NCBI GenBank assembly: GCA_963666515.2
Contig: OY762897.2
Span: 1,824,001 to 1,888,000, forward strand
Direction of reading: 5' to 3'
Source: Candidatus Binatia bacterium
GTDB taxonomy: Bacteria; Desulfobacterota; Binatia; UBA9968; JAJDTQ01
DNA: 64,000 nt
Shown: positions 56,760 to 64,000 of the stretch, in pieces
Numbering within the stretch: the first letter of the stretch is position 1
Layout: each line of letters opens with the position of its first letter
Position numbers and translations under genes: made by a program
Notes under the pieces: generated by a model
What the model saw: only the letters and a program-made list of their open reading frames with translations
The model's database searches: none
What the model was told of the DNA's origin: nothing

Positions 56760-57548
56760 ATGCTGATCGACGCCCACGCCCATCTCGACCACTACGACGA
56801 GCCGCGGGAAGCGCTGGCGCGCATCGAGCGCCGGCGCATCCTGACGCTGGCCAACTCCATGGACCCCGCGTCGTACGAGCGCAACCTCGCGCTGGCGCAG
56901 GCATGCCCCCTCGTGCTCCCCTCCTTCGGCATCCATCCGCGGCGGGCGCGGGAACACGCCGGCCGTCTCGATGAATTGCGTCCGTTGGCGGAGCAAAGCC
57001 CCATGCTGGGGGAGCTGGGTCTCGACTTCCACTGGGTACGGGACGAGGACGCCTATCCGCACCAGGTCCGGGTGTTCGAGTTCCTGGTGCGCACGGCCGC
57101 GGAACACGACCAGATCGTCAATCTGCACACCAAAGGCGCCGAACGGCGAATCCTCGACACCTTGCGCGCTTTCGGCGTGAAGAAGGCGATCGTCCACTGG
57201 TACTCCGGACCCATGGACGTGCTCGACGAGATGATCGCCGAGGGATACCTCTTCACGGTCGGGGTGGAGGTGCTCTATTCGGAGACGATCCAGGCGGTGG
57301 CGCGCGCGGTGCCGCCCCGCCAACTGCTGTCCGAGACCGACAACCCCGGCGGCAACCGCTGGCTCGTCGGGGAGGTGGCGCCCCCGGACATCATCGCCGA
57401 CGTGGTCGCCGCGGTGGCCGGGATCAAGGGCCTGCCGCCGGAGAAGCTCGAAGCGCTGATCCAGGCCAACTTCCTGCGGCTCGTCGGCGACGACCCCAGG
57501 CTGGCGCGCGTCAGGGCGCTGCTGGAAAGGGAAGCGGGAACGGGATGA
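56760..57548 (+). CDS. tatD: TatD family hydrolase
   Basis: IDAHAHL, GIHP, GELGLDF, NLH, VHWYSG, ETDNP. Confidence 0.88.
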   Translation: MLIDAHAHLDHYDEPREALARIERRRILTLANSMDPASYERNLALAQACPLVLPSFGIHPRRAREHAGRLDELRPLAEQSPMLGELGLDFHWVRDEDAYPHQVRVFEFLVRTAAEHDQIVNLHTKGAERRILDTLRAFGVKKAIVHWYSGPMDVLDEMIAEGYLFTVGVEVLYSETIQAVARAVPPRQLLSETDNPGGNRWLVGEVAPPDIIADVVAAVAGIKGLPPEKLEALIQANFLRLVGDDPRLARVRALLEREAGTG

Positions 57549-57624
57549 CTTGCCGTCGGCGGGGAATCCTGCACATACTCGGCAACGTATCGTTGCCGAG
57601 TACAATCGCCCCCAAGGAGGAGCC

Positions 57625-58722
57625 ATGCTGTTTCTGACCAATGACCACATCCAGGAAGTCCTGGACATGAAGACCTGCCTCGACGCCATGGAGGACGCCT
57701 ACCGCGACCTCTCGAAGAACGAGGCGGCGTACCGGCCGAGGATCGACTTCTACGTGCCCAGGGAACCCCACTACTACCGCTGGGGGACCATGGAGGGGGC
57801 CACCCGGTCGCTGGGCTACATGGCCATCCGCATGAAGTCGGACATGCTCGTGTGGGAAAAGGACGGCGAGTTCGAGACCGAGGACAAGTACTGCATCGAG
57901 CCCGGCACCTACTGCGGCCTGATCTTCCTGCTGAGCGTGCGCAACGGCGAGCCGCTGGCGCTGATGAACGACGGCTACCTCCAGCACATGCGGGTGGGCG
58001 CCTGCGCCGGGCTCGGGGTCAAGTACCTCTCCCGCCGGGACTCCAAGGTGCTGGGCATGCTGGGCTCCGGCGGCATGGCGCGGACCTACACCCAGGCCAT
58101 CCACGAGGTGCGTGACATCGAGCTGCTGCGCGTGTTCAGCCCCACCAAGGCCAACCGCGAAGCCTTCGCCGCGGAGATGCGCGAGCAACTGGGGCTCACG
58201 GTCGAGACCTGCGACGACGCCGAGACCGCCTGCCGCGGCGCCGACATCGTGGCGCTGGCCACGGACTCCCTTGTCGAGGTGATGAAGCCCGAGTGGGTGG
58301 AGCCCGGCATGCACATCACCAACGTCCGCTCCAACGAGGCCGGGCCGGAGATCCTGGCCAAGTGCGACCTGCAGGCGCGGCTGGGGGCCTCCACCCTGGT
58401 GCTGGACAATCCTCCGGCGGGAACCATCCACGGCTCCGACGGCATGTTCGCCTACATCGCCGGCACGGATGAGGAGCGGAGCAAGATCCCGCCCTCGCCC
58501 ATCCGCGAGATCGACAACAAGAACATCGGCACCATCCCCGACCTGATGGCCGGCAGGTGGCCCGGGAGGACCAGCGATCAACAGGTGACGTTCCTCAACA
58601 ACCAGGGCACCCAGGGCCTCCAGTTCGCCGCGGTGGGGGGCACCGTCTACGAACTGGCAAAGGCCAAGGGTCTGGGACACCCGCTGCCGCGGGAATGGTT
58701 CCTGCAGGACATCCGCGACTAG
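57625..58722 (+). CDS. Ornithine cyclodeaminase / mu-crystallin family protein
   Basis: Close paralog of 16181-17269, with identical C-terminal QDIRD; SD AGGAGG. Confidence 0.85.
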   Translation: MLFLTNDHIQEVLDMKTCLDAMEDAYRDLSKNEAAYRPRIDFYVPREPHYYRWGTMEGATRSLGYMAIRMKSDMLVWEKDGEFETEDKYCIEPGTYCGLIFLLSVRNGEPLALMNDGYLQHMRVGACAGLGVKYLSRRDSKVLGMLGSGGMARTYTQAIHEVRDIELLRVFSPTKANREAFAAEMREQLGLTVETCDDAETACRGADIVALATDSLVEVMKPEWVEPGMHITNVRSNEAGPEILAKCDLQARLGASTLVLDNPPAGTIHGSDGMFAYIAGTDEERSKIPPSPIREIDNKNIGTIPDLMAGRWPGRTSDQQVTFLNNQGTQGLQFAAVGGTVYELAKAKGLGHPLPREWFLQDIRD

Positions 58723-58744
58723 GGCGACCGCTGCAACGCAGCAA

Positions 58745-59776
58745 ATGGCTGAGACCGGCCACTCCTCCAGGGTGCGGACGCGGATCCGAGCCGCGCTGCT
58801 GCGCTGGTACGACCGCAACAAACGCGACCTGCCTTGGCGCAGGACCCGTGACCCCTACGCCATCTGGGTCTCCGAGACCATGCTCCAGCAGACCCAGGTG
58901 GCGACGGTGCTGCCCTACTACCACCGCTTCATGGAGACGTTCCCGTCGGTGGCGGCGTTGGACCGCGCGTCGCTGGACGCGGTCCGCAGCGTCTGGAGCG
59001 GCCTCGGATACTACCGGCGCGCCGAAAACCTGAAGCGGGCCGCGCGTATACTGGTAGACCGTCACGGCGCCCGGCTGCCGGCCGACTACCAAGCGTTGCT
59101 GCGGCTGCCGGGCATCGGACGGTACACCGCCGGGGCGGTCATGAGCATCGCCTTCGACCGGCGCTACGCCGCGCCGGACGGCAACGTGCGTCGCGTCTAC
59201 ACCCGCCTGCTGGGCCTCATGGATCCCAAGGAAATCGATCAGACAGCCGGGCAGATGCTGTCCCGCTCCCGTCCCGGCGACTTCAATCAGGCCGTCATGG
59301 AGTTGGGCGCCACCGTTTGCCTGCCCGCGACTCCCCTGTGCGGGCGCTGCCCCGTGGCCCACTGGTGTCGCGCGCGAGCGTCCGGCGCCTTTGTCGTGCC
59401 GCGCCGGCAGCCCGTGCGCGCCAAAGCGGTTCAGTGGCCGCTGGTGTTCGTGGCATCGCGGTCCCGGGTCCTGCTTCACCGCCGCCCCGACAGCGGCCTG
59501 CTGGCCGGACTGTGGGAGCTGCCCAAGCCGGATACGCTCCCGTCCGGGGTCGCCGACGAAACCCTCCGGCTATCCGACCCGGTGGCGGTCATCCGCCACG
59601 CCATCACCGACATGCGCATCACGGCGCCGGTCTACGTGCTGCGGCGGAGACTTGCAGTCAAAGGACCGAATTGGCTATGGGTCAGCCTCGACGATCTCCA
59701 CTCCCATCCCCTTTCCTCTCTCAGCACCAAGGCCGCCCGCGCGGCGCAACGCCACCTCCGCGCGTTCCAGGATTGA
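58745..59776 (+). CDS. mutY: A/G-specific adenine glycosylase
   Basis: RDLPWR, WVSETMLQQTQV, GLGYYRRA, HhH LPGIGRYTA, DGNV, C..C..C..C Fe-S motif, GLWELP. Confidence 0.92.
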   Translation: MAETGHSSRVRTRIRAALLRWYDRNKRDLPWRRTRDPYAIWVSETMLQQTQVATVLPYYHRFMETFPSVAALDRASLDAVRSVWSGLGYYRRAENLKRAARILVDRHGARLPADYQALLRLPGIGRYTAGAVMSIAFDRRYAAPDGNVRRVYTRLLGLMDPKEIDQTAGQMLSRSRPGDFNQAVMELGATVCLPATPLCGRCPVAHWCRARASGAFVVPRRQPVRAKAVQWPLVFVASRSRVLLHRRPDSGLLAGLWELPKPDTLPSGVADETLRLSDPVAVIRHAITDMRITAPVYVLRRRLAVKGPNWLWVSLDDLHSHPLSSLSTKAARAAQRHLRAFQD

Positions 59777-59818
59777 CGCAAGGTCTTCGTGGCATATGCA
59801 GTGACAACGGAGGTCTGG

Positions 59819-59971
59819 ATGAACCAAGACGAGACGGAGAGAGACGCAACGCTCACGGCATTGGCTGAGGATATCCGCGAGCGGATACAGACACCGCGTT
59901 CGAAGTTCGTCGATCAGGCCACGGCCTTTTCGGCGGCCCGTGCCGCTATTGAAGCCGCTCGCTACGGGTGA
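59819..59971 (+). CDS. Small hypothetical protein (50 aa), possibly an antitoxin fragment
   Basis: SD GGAGG before ATG 59819; fills the gap between mutY and the convergent gene. Confidence 0.4.
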   Translation: MNQDETERDATLTALAEDIRERIQTPRSKFVDQATAFSAARAAIEAARYG

Positions 59972-59972
59972 A

Positions 59973-60680
59973 CTATAGGTGTAAACGCCGCATCCAGGCG
60001 TCCGTTCGGGGACGGGCGTCACGTAGCGCACGGGAGTTCTTCAGATCCAGCCGGAGCCGCTCCAGATCTACCGCCACGTCGATGTCGTAGGTGCCCGCCA
60101 CCGTCCGGACTCGAAGCCCCAGTTGCCGCGCCTTTGCGAGAGTATGCTCCAACACGGTCGCAGTGCTCCAGACGATATCCGTGAAGAGCCCTTCCTCCGG
60201 ACGGTTGAGGCCGATCAGGTAGTAGCCGCCGTCGTCCGCCGGGCCGAGGACCAGATCGCTCCGGCCCCGTTCCAGAAGGTCGCACGCTATTGTGATCGAA
60301 ACAGCCTTCAAGGTGGGAATATCGGTGCCGACGATGATCACCTGCCGGTAACCCACATGGCAGAGGTCCACGAAGACCGCGTGCATGCGCTCGCCCAGCG
60401 ACGCGCCCCGCTGCGGCAGCAGCGCGATGCCGGGTTCCGGAAACTGCTGGAAATAGTCCCGGCTGCGCTCGGCGTACGCCACCCACGTATCCCACCGTGC
60501 CGAAGGCGCCAATTCGGCCAGCACGTCCCGCAGCACGCACTCGTAGAACTCGGCCGCCTGCTCCGCATCGAGGGGCGGGCACAACCGGGTCTTGACCCTT
60601 CCGGGCGACGGCGCCCGCGCCATGACGGCCAGGGCCGGCCTGAGCGGTGCGGTTGGCGGATGGAACGGCTTCCTGCTCAC
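59973..60680 (-). CDS. TIGR04282 / DUF2064 CofC-like glycosyltransferase (rSAM/selenodomain- or arsenosugar-associated)
   Basis: MARAPSPGRVKTRL, QRGASLGERM, IVGTDIP, VLGPADDGGYYLIGL, I.WST..V, DID; start uncertain. Confidence 0.85.
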   Translation of the reverse strand: MSRKPFHPPTAPLRPALAVMARAPSPGRVKTRLCPPLDAEQAAEFYECVLRDVLAELAPSARWDTWVAYAERSRDYFQQFPEPGIALLPQRGASLGERMHAVFVDLCHVGYRQVIIVGTDIPTLKAVSITIACDLLERGRSDLVLGPADDGGYYLIGLNRPEEGLFTDIVWSTATVLEHTLAKARQLGLRVRTVAGTYDIDVAVDLERLRLDLKNSRALRDARPRTDAWMRRLHL

Positions 60681-60807
60681 GGAATTTACCTGCGTCACCA
60701 AATCAACTATAAACAATCGCGCTCTTGAAATCGGCACTCCGGCCGCGGTGGCAAAAACACGATCCCGCCGACACCTGCGCCATCGACCCTTCGGGGAGAC
60801 ATCGTTC

Positions 60808-61506
60808 ATGAACCAACGGATCGTCAAGATAGCAGTGGTCGTGCTGGTGGCGGCCCTCATCGCGGCCTTCTTCATCTTCGATCTCGGACGGTACTTCGAC
60901 CTCGAATTCATCAAGGCCCAGCGCGACGCCTACCAGGCCTACTACCAGCACAACCCGGTCATCACCATCGGGGCGTACGCCGCCATCTACATCGCGGTGA
61001 CGGCGCTCTCGCTTCCGGGCGCGGCGATCATGACCCTGCTGGGCGGCGCGCTCTTCGGGGTGGTCACGGGCACCATCATCGTGTCGTTCTGCAGCACCAT
61101 CGGCGCCACCCTGGCGTTCCTGGTGGCGCGCCTTCTGCTGCGGGACAGCATCCAGAGCAAGTTCGGAGACAAGCTGGAGACCATCAACAACGGCATTGCC
61201 AGAGAGGGCATGTTCTACCTCTTCACCATGCGGCTGATCCCGGCGATCCCCTTCTTCGTCATCAATCTCGTCATGGGGCTCACGCCCATCCGCACGGTGC
61301 AGTTCTTCTTCGTCAGCCAGCTCGGGATGTTTCCGGGCACCATCGTCTTCGTCAACGCGGGAACCCAGCTGGCCCGGATCGATTCCCTGGCGGGCATCCT
61401 CTCGCCCACGCTGCTGCTCTCGTTCGTACTGCTCGGGCTGTTCCCGCTCATCGCCAAGAAATCCATCGAGCTGGTCAACAAGAGAAGGCAGGCCAAGGCG
61501 TCTTGA
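60808..61506 (+). CDS. TVP38/TMEM64 (DedA/VTT) family membrane protein
   Basis: TALSLPGAAIMTLLGGALFG, STIGAT.AFL.AR, MRLIPAIPFF.IN, QLGMFPGT. Confidence 0.9.
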   Translation: MNQRIVKIAVVVLVAALIAAFFIFDLGRYFDLEFIKAQRDAYQAYYQHNPVITIGAYAAIYIAVTALSLPGAAIMTLLGGALFGVVTGTIIVSFCSTIGATLAFLVARLLLRDSIQSKFGDKLETINNGIAREGMFYLFTMRLIPAIPFFVINLVMGLTPIRTVQFFFVSQLGMFPGTIVFVNAGTQLARIDSLAGILSPTLLLSFVLLGLFPLIAKKSIELVNKRRQAKAS

Positions 61507-61562
61507 CGCGCGCGCCCGCAAGCGCCGCCGCAGACGACGGCAAGCCCCCGGAGAACGGAGTC

Positions 61563-63092
61563 ATGCGCAACATTCCACAACTGTCGCCGCAGGATGAATA
61601 CAACCGGGTGCTGGGCGCCAACACGCACCCCGCGGACTGGACCAATCCCACCCCGGCCGGCCGCTACAACCTGGTGGTGATCGGCGCCGGCACGGCCGGG
61701 CTGGTAACCGCGGCGGGCGCCGCCGGCCTCGGCGCCAAGGTCGCCCTGATCGAGCGCCACTACATGGGCGGCGACTGCCTGAACGTGGGCTGCGTGCCGT
61801 CCAAGTGCATCATCCGCTCCTCCCGCGTGGTGGCCGAGATACGCGACGCTGAGCTGTTCGGCATCGGCCGGACGGACGGCATGCAGGTGGACTTCGCCGC
61901 TGTCATGGAACGCATGCGCCGGATACGCTCCCACATCAGCCACCACGACTCGGTGAAGCGCTTCAGCGAGTTGGGGGTGGACGTGTTCCTGGGTGACGCC
62001 AGCTTCACCGGCCCGGAGACGGTGGAAGTGGACGGCCGGTCCCTGCGCTTCAAGAAGGCGGTCATCGCCTCCGGCGCCCGGGCGGTGGCGCCGCATCCGC
62101 CCATCGAAGGGATCGAGGAGGCCGGCTACCTCACCAACGAGACCGTCTTCTCCCTCACGGAGCGCCCGGAACGGCTGGCGGTCATCGGCGCCGGCCCCAT
62201 CGGCTGCGAGCTGGCCCAGACCTTCCAGCGCCTGGGCTGCCAGGTGGTGCTGTTCCACAACGGCGGCCACATCCTCAACCGCGAGGACGCCGACGCCGCG
62301 GACATCGTGCAGCAACAGTTCCTGCGGGAGGGCATTCAACTGGTGCTCAACAGCGCCATCACCCGCGTGGCCGCGGAGAACGGCCGCAAGGTGGTCCATT
62401 TCGAGGCCGACGGCAACGCCGACTCGGTGACGGTGGACGAGGTCCTGGTGGGAGCCGGGCGGGCGCCCAACGTGGACGGCCTGAACCTCGAAGGCGTAGG
62501 AGTCGAGTTCCACCCGTTCCGCGGCGTGGTGGTCAACGACTACCTCCAGACCACCAACCCGCGCATCTTCGCCGGCGGCGACGTGTGCATGGACTGGAAG
62601 TTCACCCACGCCGCGGACGCGGCCGCGCGCATCATCATCCAGAACGCCCTCTTCTACAAGAGCAAGAAGCTCAGCTCGCTGATCATGCCCTGGGCCACCT
62701 ACACGGACCCGGAGATCGCCCACGTGGGCATGTACGAACGCGACGCCGAGAGCAAGGGCATCGCCATCGACACCTTCACGCGGGAACTCAAGGAAGTAGA
62801 CCGGGCGCTGGCGGACGGCGAGGAGGAAGGCTTCGTCAAGATCCACGTCCTGAAGGGCAAGGACAAGATCGTCGGCGGCACCATCGTGGCGCGCCACGCC
62901 GGCGAGATGATCAGCGAGATCACCCTGGCCATGGCCGGAAAGGTCGGCCTCGGCGCCATCGCCAACGTCATCCACCCCTACCCCACCCAGGCCGAGGCCA
63001 TCAAGCAGACCGGCGACGCCTTCAACCGCACCCGGCTGACGCCCCTGGTGAAGAAGGTCTTTCAGCGCTGGCTGGCGTGGAGCCGGCGGTAG
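61563..63092 (+). CDS. Mercuric reductase-like pyridine nucleotide-disulfide oxidoreductase (lacks the C-terminal Cys pair)
   Basis: IGAGTAG, GGDCLNVGCVPSK, IGAGPIGCE, FTHAA, HPYPTQAE. Confidence 0.88.
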   Translation: MRNIPQLSPQDEYNRVLGANTHPADWTNPTPAGRYNLVVIGAGTAGLVTAAGAAGLGAKVALIERHYMGGDCLNVGCVPSKCIIRSSRVVAEIRDAELFGIGRTDGMQVDFAAVMERMRRIRSHISHHDSVKRFSELGVDVFLGDASFTGPETVEVDGRSLRFKKAVIASGARAVAPHPPIEGIEEAGYLTNETVFSLTERPERLAVIGAGPIGCELAQTFQRLGCQVVLFHNGGHILNREDADAADIVQQQFLREGIQLVLNSAITRVAAENGRKVVHFEADGNADSVTVDEVLVGAGRAPNVDGLNLEGVGVEFHPFRGVVVNDYLQTTNPRIFAGGDVCMDWKFTHAADAAARIIIQNALFYKSKKLSSLIMPWATYTDPEIAHVGMYERDAESKGIAIDTFTRELKEVDRALADGEEEGFVKIHVLKGKDKIVGGTIVARHAGEMISEITLAMAGKVGLGAIANVIHPYPTQAEAIKQTGDAFNRTRLTPLVKKVFQRWLAWSRR

Positions 63093-63103
63093 CGGCGGAC
63101 CCG

Positions 63104-64000
63104 CTATTTCCCCTTCAGCCGCCGGCCGAGCGCGATCAGGAACATGACGCTCTTGCCGGCGGCATGGGGCGAGAAGAAAGCGGTCACGTCGTCGTCGAAG
63201 AAGGTCAGACCCGAGGCGCCGAAGCCCTGGGCGTAGGCCGCCAGGTAGAGGCGGCCGGCGGTGATGCTGGCCTCCATCTGCGCCAGGCGGTAGCCGCGGT
63301 TGCCGTAGCGCTGCAGCACTTCGTCGAGGTCGGTGAGAAAGTAGACGTTGACGCTGGCGTCGGCAGGGATCTCCTGCCTCAGGCCGAGGAAGCCGGCCTC
63401 CCGGCGGAACTCGCCTTCCTTCAGAAGTTGAAGGCACGCCCGTTCACGGTCCAGCACGTAGGCGCCGGAGGGCAGGTCGTCCACGTTGTTGACAATGAGG
63501 TAGAGGTGGTTGAACGGTTGCGAGCCGCCGGGGTCCACGTCCGTGGCGACGCCTCGGGTAGCGTAGTGGAGGGCGTTGGACAACTGGGCGAAGGTGATGG
63601 AGTCGTGCGAGAAATGCCGGGTCGAGCCGCGGCGCACGATCACCTGCTCGATGCCGGCGGCGGGGAGTGACCCCGCGGGCTCGACATCCAGGGGCAGCTC
63701 GCGTGCGACGGTTGCGCCGGTATCCACTTCGGATGTCCGAGCAGTTTTCGCCGCCTCTGTCCGCGCAGACTCCGCATCGCCCGTCCCGGCAGCGCCGGTC
63801 TCGCCCGTTTCCCCTTCCCGCCAGCGCCGGACCTCGGCGCCGCCTGGACCCCGGATCAAGTCCGGGGTGACGTTTGAGTCTTCCCCTTCCCGCCAACTCC
63901 GGGCCTCCTCGCCGCTGCCGAGACTCGACGCCGCGTGCATCTCCCGGATGGACGGATAGTCCACTTCTCGGCGGGACAACGGCCGCGTGGCGTAGTCCAG
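63104..64000 (-). CDS. SagB/ThcOx-type nitroreductase family protein, 3' part (starts beyond the window end)
   Basis: RRGSTRHF, YLIVNNVDDLPSGAY, YGNRGYRLAQMEA...GRLYLAAYA.G.GASGLTFFDD. Confidence 0.85.
   Translation of the reverse strand: MDYATRPLSRREVDYPSIREMHAASSLGSGEEARSWREGEDSNVTPDLIRGPGGAEVRRWREGETGETGAAGTGDAESARTEAAKTARTSEVDTGATVARELPLDVEPAGSLPAAGIEQVIVRRGSTRHFSHDSITFAQLSNALHYATRGVATDVDPGGSQPFNHLYLIVNNVDDLPSGAYVLDRERACLQLLKEGEFRREAGFLGLRQEIPADASVNVYFLTDLDEVLQRYGNRGYRLAQMEASITAGRLYLAAYAQGFGASGLTFFDDDVTAFFSPHAAGKSVMFLIALGRRLKGK
63844..63872. repeat. Palindromic repeat family B inside the nitroreductase CDS
   Basis: CTGGACCCCGGATCAAGTCCGGGGTGACG, translated in-frame as VTPDLIRGP. Confidence 0.85.

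Noticed and set aside
61563-63092. Call as true mercuric reductase merA
   Set aside because: There is no C-terminal Cys-Cys pair, no NmerA domain and no mer operon genes.
63104-64000. RiPP (thiazole/oxazole) biosynthetic cluster suggested by the SagB-like gene
   Set aside because: No YcaO or precursor peptide is visible in the window, and stand-alone SagB-type nitroreductases are common. The upstream region is outside the window.

Overview
High-GC bacterial chromosomal window, densely coding, with no rRNA, tRNA, CRISPR array, integrase or transposase recognisable by eye. The gene mix resembles Binatia or sponge-associated deltaproteobacterial MAGs, but this is a weak inference. Housekeeping genes include class II ribonucleotide reductase nrdJ with NrdR boxes, DciA/DUF721, mlaEFD, rlmD, mltA, tatD and mutY. 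They are interleaved with many catabolic enzymes of unknown substrate: three ornithine-cyclodeaminase homologues, M24/M20 hydrolases, an enolase-superfamily enzyme, an opine dehydrogenase, tandem amidohydrolases, 3-hydroxyanthranilate dioxygenase, a Mo-hydroxylase and a UbiD. There are also three Phd/PIN toxin-antitoxin pairs and three families of short palindromic repeats. The most notable items are: (1) an in-frame TlpA-thioredoxin::Lgt fusion directly downstream of a caa3-type CtaG; (2) a divergent pair of AAA-ATPase/PD-(D/E)XK nuclease genes that was tandemly duplicated, with one copy decayed around an inserted VapBC; (3) an aromatic-acid-type ABC transporter divergent from a diiron HO-like oxidase, an orphan Mo-hydroxylase large subunit and a UbiD; (4) a hydrolase cluster whose members carry non-canonical catalytic residues; (5) palindromic repeats embedded in-frame in proteins; (6) recurrent leaderless promoters on accessory genes. 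All functional calls come from motif recognition by eye, not database searches.
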